Below, one piece after another: positions 26,103 to 37,630 of a stretch of 64,000 bases of DNA (positions within the stretch are counted from its first letter, which is position 1; each line of letters starts with the position of its first letter). Position numbers and translations under genes: made by a program. The DNA comes from Lingula anatina (taxonomy: Eukaryota > Animalia > Brachiopoda), in contig CM120642.1 in NCBI GenBank assembly GCA_051362555.1, positions 25,978,001 to 26,042,000 on the forward strand. The letters run 5' to 3'. The notes under the pieces are model-generated. The model was not told where the DNA came from and did no database searches. It saw only the letters and a program-made list of their open reading frames with translations.

Positions 26103-28173
26103 ATAGGGAGGTCAGGTCAACTTTGATAGTAACATAAATATCAGCCAAAGTGATCTTATTTCATAGAGAAATTCATGAGCTTTCCAAAACATTTTAATTT
26201 TTGAAAATCAAGCAAGCCAATCAAAAGTTATTAAATTTTCAAGAATGCTTGTCGGCCATAGAATTTTGAAAAAGTCTTATATGCAAGCATATGTAACAGT
26301 AGAAGCCAAAAGTGTCACCTAATTGCCTAATCAATTAAACAAATAGGCATAACTTTTGAATGGAGTAAAATATCCATTTGAAATTTTCTGGAAAGTTACA
26401 CTATGCCAAGAAGAATCTGACAAGATATCATTTTCTGTAATTTATTCATTATTTCCATGGCAACCGTTGCTAAATATCAATAGCGATCAATACTATTTTT
26501 TTTATTTTTCAACCTTAAAGCTTCAGCATCTCTGCCCAAAGGCTACTTTTGGATGAAGATGATTCTAAAAAATGTGCCATCACTAAAAACAAAAAAATAA
26601 TGACTTGTAATGTATCTGTTGCTATGGAAATAGTCATTATGATAGCTGTTGCTATGGTAACAGTTTGAATTATTTTTAAACATTATAATCAAATTTTTAA
26701 CTGATTATGAAGTGGGAAACACTATTTGTACTCAATTTATGAATTTAAGTTAAATAGTAAACAAATACCATGTCACTGTTGCCATGGCAACCAATATTAC
26801 AATGACAACTGCATATACAATTTTAAGGTTTAACTAGTGAAAATTGTCAGAATGCACGATGAAAATAAGTAATATCCGATTTTGGAAAGTTATCATTTTA
26901 CCAAAAAAAAATTTAATTGATATTGGACATCATAGCAGCTAGGTAATACAAAAACCAGCGAGATTATTTGGACAGACTGCCATAACGTAATGGCAGTTTT
27001 AGGAATTTTCCTTTTTTATTTTTGTTAAGCAAAAATAAATAGATACTACTTTTGTTCACTTTGTTTGACTGTCATTTACCATTCTAGAGTTTTTCATATC
27101 TCCATGATTTTAATTAAGATTCCCCTTTTTATAATCATTAACGAGTTCAAAGGTGAAATGGGGCCGTAGCAATAGTCCGAAGGTTCAATCATTAGGCCCA
27201 TCAACATCAGGCCTGTAGCCAGCAATTTAAGAGGGGGGTTCGTTTTCTGAAAAAGTGGACCTTTTACCATAAAATCATCAAGTACATAGATCAAATTGTA
27301 CCCAGAGTGGACCTTTTCCCAGCAAAAAGGGCAGTTCTTTCGAACCCCTCCCCCTGGCTACGGGCCTGAACATCGTACGTAATTTGTTTGAAAAATAAAA
27401 TAAACTGTATATTCTTGAATTGCACACGTTTTATCAATATCCTTGGGTTTCGTGAACAATTCAAAGATTTTCTGATTAGATATTCTAATATCTTGATCTT
27501 CTTTCGGTACTGAAAGTGTACATGTAGTTGCTGTTTTATAAGCAGAGCAGCTTGGTGCGTTCGCCATTTTGTTTGCGGTAAGATCAAAGTCACTGATTTT
27601 CAAACGGCTGTTACGGCTCTATCTTACCAAAAAATGATAAATAAAAAACTGATTTGAACCGAGAATTAGTTAAAAAATTTAGGTAGGGGTTACAGAACTT
27701 TCAGAAATTCGTTATTCTAACTCTAAAACACGATTAAAAACTTTACAAGCTAGATTTGGTTGCTGTTTTCGGTTGAATAAACTTCTGTAACCCCTCACTC
27801 GAACGCTTGTTTCATTCTCCTCATGAATATGTGTCCAAATACGAGGAAAAAACATCCGGGACGCCGTACGGAGCTTTTAGAAAAATGGCGCGAAACGCGC
27901 ATGTTGAGCAAAAATTCGTAAATAGTGGGAACCAAACGAGGAAGTGAAATCACCAGCGATTTCTCACAGCATTTTTGTGGCTAGGGGCTTACAACAGAGA
28001 AATAATGCATTGTTACACATATTGTAAGAAAGCCCATTCAATGCACTTTTAAAACATATTTTCATATTAATCATAGGACCAAAATCTTGGAAGTTATGAT
28101 GGAAAACAAACAGCGAGGTCAGATTTTTTTCCCGTTTTCGACCGCGTGAGCGGTGTGACCTGACCTCCCTACT
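26103..28173. mobile_element. Non-autonomous ~2.07-kb DNA transposon, Kolobok-like (TTAA TSD)
   Basis: 16-bp TIR tagggaggtcaggtca (26104-26119) / tgacctgacctcccta (28156-28171), TTAA at 26099-26102 and 28174-28177; no transposase ORF. Confidence 0.75.
27208..27368. mobile_element. MITE with CAGGCCYGTAGCCAG TIR nested in the Kolobok-like element
   Basis: caggcctgtagccag...ctggctacgggcctg with a 5-bp duplication aacat on both sides; a second family member lies at 44315-44501. Confidence 0.85.
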
Positions 28174-31131
28174 TTAAAACGTGATAACTTCAGTTTTTTA
28201 TTGGCAGGGCGCCTTACAGTTCATAAATATTGCCCCGTTATAGACAGCATGCAGCAACTGAATAAACTTTCTCTGACTACAAACTTTTCTCCATATACAC
28301 TATACTGGTACACAAGATGAAGCACAAGAATTTACCAAAGTTCATGTAATTCCTACTGAAAGAGGTAATGAAGACAAAACATTTACTAGTCTTAACACAA
28401 TTAAACAAAATTAAACCGAGGCTTATTTTAACTTCATCTAGGGTATGAAGTCATAAATAAAGTAACTCGATCCTTTTACAGCTGGAAGCATACATCAAAA
28501 CTTGGATATAGTTCTCTTTCATGATAAAACATAATATAAGTTCAGGTAATATTATTATTACCCAGTCACATCAATGATTGAAATTAAACTTTGACATATA
28601 ATAGAATAGAAGTTTCTCAAATGTAATTTTGCCCTGAAATCGCAACTACATGTATGATACAAGTAAAGAATAAATCAAGCTTGATTTCATATTACACTGT
28701 ATGACCGTCCATGAAAATTTCAACATGAATTTTTGGGTCCGAGTAAAAAGGTGCATATATGATGAATTGGATACATTTGTCAACTATAACACTTGAGAAA
28801 ATCATAATATTAGTAATATTAGTAATGTGCGATCCTCAATCTTGAGAAATGACTGTGTGCACCCAGCCATCCCTCACGAGGAGCTGTGTACAAAAATATA
28901 ATGAAATATTTTCTCAAACGTAAAATATTTCACTACAGATTTTGCACAAGCTATCAATGTAAAACCTCTTCATGTAAAAGCATTTACATGAAGTCGGATT
29001 TTACAAAGATGTGAGGGTTAGTTGAGGTAAGTGTGCGGATTATGATCTTCTCAAACGCTATACCGACAAACAACTCCACTTCATCAAAAGCACAAATATG
29101 AAAAACGACTATATCACTTAGATTGAAATAAAACACAGACGACCATAAGTGGTGGTAGTACCAATGCTTTGCGAGCGAAAACCTATCTGCCTTTAGAATG
29201 GATGAAGCAACTGATTATTCTATTTTAACTTTTAATAATAACTGTTGAGGCAGACTTAAAATGTTCACACAGAACCACAATTCATCTTATTCAAGTGAAC
29301 ATTTATGGAATTATAAATGATCATACTTAACTTTAGTTTTCTCTTAAGCTATCAGAATGAAATTTTTCACTGTCATAAATGAAAAAATATAACTTACTAA
29401 ATACAATTACATCCAGGTCATATCTGTGACCCATGAAGCGCAAAAATTCTCAATATATAAGAGACTCGAGTACATTATTAGATTGTATTCCTCTTACATT
29501 CAATTAATCGCTCTTCATTATCATTCCACATTCTCTAAATTTTTTTGCAGGCAAGCCGCGTCCTTAAAAACCAAGACTGCTAAGACGTCCAATTTAATGA
29601 AAGTGGCTACAGGGGCTCGTTGCAAGCGCCATTAAGTGTTTCGCATCTTGGACATTTGGGCTAGGATTGATGGTATCTGCGTTCGGGCATTGTTTCTTTC
29701 TGGAAAACTGCCCTTTCGTAGCCTACAGATGAAACGTAACATGTTCACACAAATGTATGAAATGTAATTGAAAGCTTGCAATAATTGCAACAAAGAACAT
29801 GTTTGTCACTGGTAATCACACACCGTTAAATCTAGTAAGTATTTTGATATTTCATAATACTTTGGTTCTTAACACTATTTTATTTTATTATATTTCTATA
29901 ACATTACACAAGAAAACCACATTATGATTTAGGAGAGTGCTAAGATTCTACAAAAAGAAAGCGTCTAGAAAATAAGAGGGATAGAGGAAGAAATATGAAT
30001 CACGAAAACGCCTAAGGATCTGAACAATATAAACAGATGAAAATACATGCTCACCTGTACGATGGTCTCCTAGTACCACAACCGCAGCACTGAGGGCGAG
30101 GTTGGGGGGTAGTAGCTCCTTGTATTCTAGACTGGTGACAACGCAACTTATATGGCATTGTAACTGATGAAGATCTGAAAGTTGGCCGATAGGATCTCAA
30201 AATATTTTCTTTTTAGCAAGTTTGTGACAAATTAAAAGAGCTTTTGGATTCTAAAATGTCTGCTATATGAATTTCCTTGAGTAAATTGTAAATAGAAAAC
30301 ATGTCTACATTTAGTGGGTAGACAACAGTTTCCAAACAGTAATTTATAACAATTTTGTCTTAGGCGTTGCACAAAATGTCCAGTTTGTTGAATTTGCATT
30401 GACAAAAGATTTTTAATATCTATAGAATAATTACTCTACCCTGGCCCATAACTTACCTTGAAGGGTTCTGAATTTCATTGGTATCACAACTAGGCAAGAA
30501 CTCTTGAAATCCCATATGCAGATATCGCTTTCTCCATTTTAACCTTATGAAAGTGAACCATCATCAGGCCAGGAGCTCACCAATGCCATCTGCCTCAACT
30601 TCAAAACAGAAATTTAGAAGGCATTAGTTTCCCTATTTACCTTTTCTCCCTACCCAACCCACTAACCTTAATTTTCTATTTCAGAAGTGGGTCAAGGGAA
30701 AGATACACTGCCTTGTAAAAGTGAGCTATAAAGTATATGTGGCTGAGGGTTTTCTCTCGAGAATTTCCCTTTACCTCCCTACCACAATGTACTAACTTTG
30801 AATAACAATGAATAACGATGAATAACGATAAGATGCCTATTTTTTTTATCAATCTGACTTAACTTCAACATTTAAGGTACGAACAAAAGTGAACTATTGA
30901 CTAGTTTGTTTAATTTCCATAAGCTGTGTATTTAAAGCAGTCTGTGGCATAAGCAGTTCACTTAAAATAGCAATTAGTTTTATTAGAAGAACGAAATTGC
31001 AATCATTTGATACCAGGAGTAACTGTGGACTGCTCCATTTTAATCCTTTTGGTCAAAAATTAAAGACTAACTTCAAAGAAACTTTTTTCATGCAACCCAT
31101 ATCAGTTATCTTAATGAGTAGCAATGAGTAC

Positions 31132-31299
31132 CTGTGCCATGATGATTTCACCAAACTGTGAGAAGTAAGCCTTCAAGTCATCGTCTTTGCTCTTCCAAGG
31201 CAAACCCAGCACTATCAGGTCATTGCACTTCTTGCCGTCCAGCCACTGTTTTCGCGCTGAGATTCTCATCTCCTTTCTCATCTCATTTTCTTTAATTCT
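31132..31299 (-). pseudogene. TARDBP: Isolated TDP-43 (TARDBP)-derived exon encoding the first part of RRM1
   Basis: gttttag|...[34 protein letters not shown]|gtac, closely similar to human [33 protein letters not shown]; the 5' part reads [15 protein letters not shown] (cf. DNKRKMDE) in another frame, i.e. stops plus a frameshift; no other TDP-43 exons recognised. Confidence 0.8.
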
Positions 31300-31744
31300 C
31301 TAAAACGTTAACATTTCCAATTATTATAAAGACTGTTTATTGAACAACTAACCCTTTGCTGTATCAATATGTCTAATATTTTCTGTGTAATCAATGACCG
31401 ATATACTAATCATTGTTTGGACATGTGTAGATATGTCAATGTTTAAATTGACTATTTGACGATAAGATTTTCTGAAGTTTTCAAAATAACCTTTGATTTC
31501 AATGTAACTGTTGCATCCTAATTCTAAAATTGTGAAGGTCTTGTTAATAATAATAAAAAAATGCAATCCGGCCCAGTTTTATTAAAATCTGTATTCGGAC
31601 CAATGACTTAGACCTGTAGTTTTCAGAAAAGTTGAGGTATGAATGGCCAGTAAGGCGAAAAGTTTATGGGAAAGACTGCAACTGAAAAAACAATTTAGTC
31701 TATTTCTCTCCCCAATAACACTGTTTACCTATAAGGGTACCTAT

Positions 31745-34700
31745 AAGGGGTATCCATCTCAGTGTTACATCAAATCCCTTGGACGCTTCCCCAATGCAGC
31801 CACCTCGTGGACAGACCTAGCAGGACTCGCTGGACGCTTCCCCTATGCAGTCCATTTCATAGATAGACCACGTCAGACTCGATGGACGCTCCCCAATGCA
31901 GAATCCTCGTAGACAAACCATGACAGTACTCGCTGGCACCAAGGATTGATCGGAGTAGCTGAAGTGTAGATCTATGCGGCCTTCTCCTTGCAGTTGTCAG
32001 TGGGGGCTTTATCGAGAATCGTCATAATCGAGCTCTGTAAAACAGGAAAAAATAGGATTACTTTCCCTAACCATGTCAGCACTCTGCATTCAGGCTTACC
32101 GTTAAGGGTTTCCATTTCAGTGAAATATCACATGCATTGGACGCTTCCCCAATGCAGCCACCTCGTAGACAGACTATGGCAGGACTCGCTGGACGCTTCC
32201 CCTATGCAGCCACCTCGTAGCACCCACCTCGTAGACAGACCATGACAGGACTCGCTGGACGCTTCCCCGATGCAGCCACTTCGTAGACAGGCTATGGCAG
32301 GACTCACTGACACCAAGGATTGATCTAAGTAGCTGAAGTGTAGATGGGGCCTACTCCTTACAGTTGTCAGTGGGGCTCTATCGAGAATCACCATAATCGA
32401 GTTCTGTAAAACAGAAAGAAGAACGGATTACTTACTTTCCTACCTATGCCAGCACTCTGCATTCAGGCTTACCTTTAAGGGTTTCCCATCTCAGTGAAAC
32501 ACCACATGCCTTGGACCCCTCACAATGCAGCCACCTCGTAGACAGACTATGGCAGGACTCGCTGGACGCTTCCCCGATGCAGCCACTTCGTAGACAGGCT
32601 ATGGCAGGACTCGCTGACACCAAGGATTGATCTAAGTAGCTAAGTGTAGATGGGGCCTACTCCTTGCAGTTGTCAGTGGGCCCCAATCGAGAATCATCAT
32701 AATCGAGTTCTGTAAAACAGAAAGAAGAACGGATTACTTACTTTCCTACCTATGTCAGCACTCTGCATTCAGGCTTACCTTTAAGGGTTTCCCATCTCAG
32801 TGAAACACCACATGCCTTGGACCCCTCACAATGCAGCTACCTCGTAGACAGACCACGACAGGACTCGCTGGCAACAAGAATTGATCGGAGTAGCTGAAGT
32901 GCAGATGCGGCCTTCTTGCAGTTGTCAATGGGGCTCTATCGAGAATCGCCATAATCGAGTTCTGTTAAAAAAAAAAAGAAAAGGGATTAATGACTTTGCC
33001 TACCTATGTCTGTACTTTGCATTCAGGCTTACCTTTGAGGGATTTCCATCTCAGTGAAACACCACATGCCTTGGACCCTTCCACAATGCAGCCACCTCGT
33101 AGACAGATCATGACAGGACTCGCTGAACGCTTCCCTAATGCAGCCACCTCGTAGACGGACCGTAGCAGACTCGCTGGACGCTTTGCCGATGCAGTCACCT
33201 CGTAGACAGGCCACGACAGGACTCGCTGGCAACAAGGATTGATCGGGGTAGCTGAAGTGCAGATGCGGCCTTCTTGCAGTTGTCAGTGGGGGCTCTATCG
33301 AGAATCACCATAATCAAGATCTGTAAAACAGAAAGAAAAACGGATTACTTACTTTCCCTAATATCAGCATTCTGCATTCAGGCTTACCTTAAAGGGTTTC
33401 CCATCTCAGTGAAACACCGCATGCCTTGGACGCTTCCCCAGTGAAGCCACCTCATAGCAGTCACCTCGTAGACAGACCATGGCAGGACTCGCTGGACGCT
33501 TCTCCAATGCAGCCACCTCATAGACAGACCACGGCAGACTCGCTGGACGTTTTCCCCGATGCAGCCACCTCATAGACAGAAGTGTAGATGGGGCCTACTC
33601 CTTGCAGTTGTCAGTGGGGGCTCTATCGAGAATCGCCATAATCGAGCCCTGTAAAACAAAAAGAAAAACTGATTACTTACTTTCCCTACCTATGTCAGCA
33701 GTCTGCATTCAGGCTTACCTTGAAAGGTTTTCCATCTCAGTGAAACACCACATGCCTTGGACGCTTCCCCAATGCAGCCACCTCGTAGAAGTCACCTCGT
33801 AGACAGACCGTGGCAGACTCGCTGGACGCTTTCCGAATGCAGCCACTTCGTAAACAGGCTATGGCAGGACTCGCTGACACCAAGGATTGATCTAAGCAGC
33901 AGAAGTGTAGATGCGGCCTTCTCCTTGCAGTTGTCAGTGAGAGCTCTATCGAGAATCGCCATAATCGAGTTCTGTAAACAGAAAGAAAAACGGATTACTT
34001 ACTTTCCCTACCTATGACAGTACTCTGCATTCAGGCTTATCTTTGAGGGTTTCCCATCTCAATGAAACACCACATGCCTTGGACGCTTCCCCAATGCAGC
34101 CACCTCGTAGACAGACCATAGCAGGGCTCGCTGGACGCTTCCTAAATGCAGCATCCTCGTAGACAGGCCATGGCAGGACTCGCTGGACGCTTCTCCAATG
34201 CAGCCACCTCATAGACAGACCACGGCAGACTCGCTGGACGTTTTCCCCGATGCAGCCACCTCATAGACAGAAGTGTAGATGGGGCCTACTCCTTGCAGTT
34301 GTCAGTGGGGGCTCTATCGAGAATCGCCATAATCGAGCCCTGTAAAACAAAAAGAAAAACTGATTACTTACTTTCCCTACCTATGTCAGCAGTCTGCATT
34401 CAGGCTTACCTTGAAAGGTTTTCCATCTCAGTGAAACACCACATGCCTTGGACGCTTCCCCAATGCAGCCACCTCGTAGCAGTCACCTCGTAGACAGACC
34501 GTGGCAGACTCGCTGGACGCTTTCCGAATGCAGCCACTTCGTAAACAGGCTATGGCAGGACTCGCTGACACCAAGGATTGATCTAAGCAGCAGAAGTGTA
34601 GATGCGGCCTACTCCTTGCAGTTGTCAGTGAGAGCTCTATCGAGAATCGCCATAATCGAGTTCTGTAAACAGAAAGAAAAACGGATTACTTACTTTCCCT

Positions 34701-35420
34701 ACCTATGACAGTACTCTGCATTCAGGCTTACCTTTGAGGGTTTCCCATCTCAGTGAAACACCACATGCCTTGGACGCTTCCCCAATGCAGCCACCTCGTA
34801 GACAGACCATAGCAGGGCTCGCTGGACGCTTCCTTAATGCAGCATCCTCGTAGACAGGCGTTGGCAGGACTAGCTGGATGCATCCCCAGTGCTGCCACCT
34901 CATTGACAGGCCATGGCAGGACTAGTTGGACGCTCCCCCAATGCAGCCACCTCGTAGACACACCATGTCAGACTCGCAGGACGCTTCTCAGATGCAGCCA
35001 CCTCGTAGAAATGTTATGGCAGGACTCGCTGACACCAAATATTGATCTAAGTAGCTGAAGTGTAGATGCGGCCTTCTCCTTGCCGTTGTCAGTGGGGACT
35101 ATCGAGAATCGTCATAATCGAGTTCTGTAAGCATAAAGGAAAACGGATTACTTTCCCTAACAATGCCAGCATCTGCATTCAGGCTTACCTTCAAGGCTTT
35201 ACCATCTCAGTGAAACACCACATGCCTTGGACGCTTCCCCAATGCAGCCACCTCGTAGACAGACCATGGCAGGACCCTCTGGCACCAAGGATTGATCGAA
35301 GTAGCTGAAGTGTAGACGTGACCCTCTTCTCCTTGCAGCTGTCAGAGGGAGCTTTGTCGAGAATCGCCATAATCGAGTTCTGTTAAAAGAAAGAAAAGCG
35401 GTTTAATTACTTTGCTTACC
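31745..35420 (-). repeat. Complex tandem array of 11 units (~250-460 bp): head, 1-5 copies of a 51-52-nt subrepeat, tail and ~70-nt intron-like spacer
   Basis: Unit marker (gagttc)tgtaaa at ~32035, 32404, 32710, 32962, 33321, 33649, 33972, 34340, 34663, 35125 and 35380; subrepeat tcgctggacgcttccccaatgcagccacctcgtagacagaccatggcaggac; near-identical higher-order duplication with a 691-bp offset. Confidence 0.95.
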
Positions 35421-35758
35421 TATGTAATAAGAAGAAACCTGGAATGCATGGAAATATATGCAATGACACTACAACAATTTTCCCCTCAACAGCAGAAAGC
35501 CGATGACGTATCCTGCGAAGATTCCTGAGCGACGATTCCTCGTGGAGAGAAGCGAAGATTTTAGCTGGCCAGCTTAGAGAAACGTCGAATCCACTGTCCA
35601 GACGACTGCGTGTGGAAGAAACAACATATCGGTGAGCGATGCGTTGACTTGAGACGAGGAAAAGATTCGGAGAAATGCGAGTTGACTCCGGTGTCCTTTT
35701 TGCTAGATACGAGACGTAGTACATGGCATCCTTCTTGTTGCTCCAGATATGTCTGTGT

Positions 35759-35794
35759 TGAATGAACACAATTTCAAAATTTCGCGCTTTTATA
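35759..35794 (-). promoter_or_regulatory. RNA Pol II core promoter: TATA box plus initiator
   Basis: Minus-strand TATAAAAG at 35794-35787 and TCATTC with its A at 35763 (31 nt spacing); GC-box-like gggggcgg at ~35846. Confidence 0.65.
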
Positions 35795-36983
35795 CCTTCA
35801 GTGATATAAAGTCACATGGTTGCGTTCGTGGTCAACTTGTTCATAGGGGGCGGCGTTTGATAGTTATGCCTATAATTGATTATAATATCTTTTAAACATA
35901 TACATTTTAGTAACTATTTTTTATTTTGATTATTCGGTTTATCATTTTATTTTATAATAAAAATAAGAAGTACTAAGCAGTGACTGTAAAATGTATAGGC
36001 AAATTTGATGACAATTCCTGAGCAACATACCTTCTCCCCAAAATTATGATAGGCCCGATGTCCGTTAAACTGGTACAGGTAGCCTTGACCTTCTCGCAGA
36101 CCACTACAGAACGTGTGTATTCGAACACTGATCCAAAATGTGGACAATGTAATAGGGCGTAGCCTGAGGCAGCCTGAGGGAGCATGATTGTTTTGAATGT
36201 AGTGAATCGTAGTGAGTCAATTGAAAGTATACAGCCACTTTGTAATCAACTGAGTTGTTATTCTTTGAAATAAAGAACACGTTATTGTGATTTACGAAGC
36301 GAAAGAAAGCAGCAGTAGGTTACACGAAATATCTTGATTAACTTAGCAGCAGAAACAAATGAATATTTTTTGTTTATATAAGGTCTACTGATATAGGTAA
36401 TAATTAACAACGTGCGCCTCTATTCATCGCTTCAGGTTATCGGTACTCTGATGCCAGTTGCAAGAGTGGAGAAAAAAACGAAAAAAAAAAGACTAAGACA
36501 ATAAGATAAAAATTGAAATTAAATATTTCTCATTTATACGTTTACTTTATCTCCTTTAACCTTAGTTGAAAACTACACTTTTTAATACGCTTTTTAACAT
36601 TGTTATAAGTCTGAGTGGTCACTGGCCTTCTTTCAAATCTGATCACACGCAGTCTAATTTTTGTTAGTATGAATAACGTGCGAATATTATCCAAAATGGT
36701 TGTTTTTAAACCTTCTTTAGTGAATACGAATACGCGGCCTCCTTCCTTCCTGCTACTCGACACTCCAGGTAGAAAAACGTTAAAAAAAAAAACGTTGTTA
36801 AAACAAAAAACGTCACTGTCAATGCATGTTTAGGTACTTCTAGACGGTGGCGCAAACCACCGAGAAACAAGCTACTCGCCAGGCTTCAAAGTGTTTAAAT
36901 GCGAAATGTAGGGCCTACACTTATCTACGCATGTAGGTGCAGTGTTCAGCCAGAATGGAGAAGTGTCCACCTCAGTCAAAGCA

Positions 36984-37109
36984 TACACTCTACCAGGGCG
37001 ACAGATTGGTTTTTCACAGATATTTACAGATATGTCTCTAGATAAATAGACAGCCATTTGGCTATTTTTCCGTTTTTCCCTATATAATCTGCCACCCTGG
37101 TAGAGGGTA
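36984..37109. mobile_element. Small TA-flanked TIR element
   Basis: tacactctaccagggcgacagat / atctgccaccctggtagagggta are imperfect inverted repeats; related copies at 44542-44732 and ~48266-48404. Confidence 0.6.
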
Positions 37110-37249
37110 GTCTAAGCACATGTCGTTACATTTAGCAATCACATTATTCAAGTCAGGTGACATTTGTACCTCAGATATTGGCAGTATTTGTGACACAAAA
37201 AGACAGACGTATTTAGAATTCTCTAAGTAGCAACTGTGTTTTATGTTTA

Positions 37250-37521
37250 CTGGGGCGGATCCAGGATTATTTGAAGGGGGGGGGGTGACTTTTCAGGAAT
37301 GACAGGCCTCGGATGCGAAGCCGACCCTCGCCTCCCCCCCCCCCCCTTGGAGTGTTTTGGAGGGCAAACAGTGCCACTTGGGATGGTTCAGAACTATAAA
37401 TCTACTAGTCAACATACTAATTCCAAGTGAGGAATATCAGTGTGATATTTTTCAGAAACCAAAGGAGGGGGGGGGGGGAAGGGGGGAAGGACCCCCCTGA
37501 CCCCCTCTAAATCCACCACTG
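37250..37521. mobile_element. MITE with GGCGGATCC-type termini
   Basis: ctggggcggatccagg...taaatccaccactg; related ends recur at ~39045-39332 and ~50254-50545. Confidence 0.6.
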
Positions 37522-37599
37522 CTATTTATTAGATATGCATTTATATAAACTATGTTCAGGGACAGATCCGGGGGGGGGTCTTTTTATTTTTACTCCCCC

Positions 37600-37630
<31 letters not shown>

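Larger units (their letters stand above)
28180..35763 (-). ncRNA. Predicted multi-exon transcript without a long ORF (lncRNA or transcribed chimeric pseudogene)
   Basis: TATA+Inr at 35794/35763; 11 repeat exons bounded by ttttacag| and aag|gtaag; exons 31299-31132, 30598-30457 and 30174-30055; terminal exon from 29722; AATAAA at 28202-28197. Confidence 0.55.

Noticed and set aside
32081-32101. Twister-like fragments (minus GGTAAGCCTGAATGCAGAG; plus AATGCAGCC) in the repeats
   Set aside because: The two halves are on opposite strands, the P4 loop is missing, and GGTAAG is explained as a splice donor
33004-34903. Neuropeptide-precursor-like repeats (VYEVAALGKRP) in one minus-strand frame
   Set aside because: KR is followed by Pro, 52-nt subrepeats shift the frame, stops occur in each unit and there is no signal peptide
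31745-35420. CRISPR-like appearance of the repeat array
   Set aside because: There are no unique spacers, the units are fully repetitive and hierarchical, the context is eukaryotic and no cas genes are present
35416-35769. 117-aa ORF at the start of the minus-strand unit as a real CDS
   Set aside because: No recognisable homology; the obvious donor would give only a 40-nt intron and the frame stops within the first repeat exon
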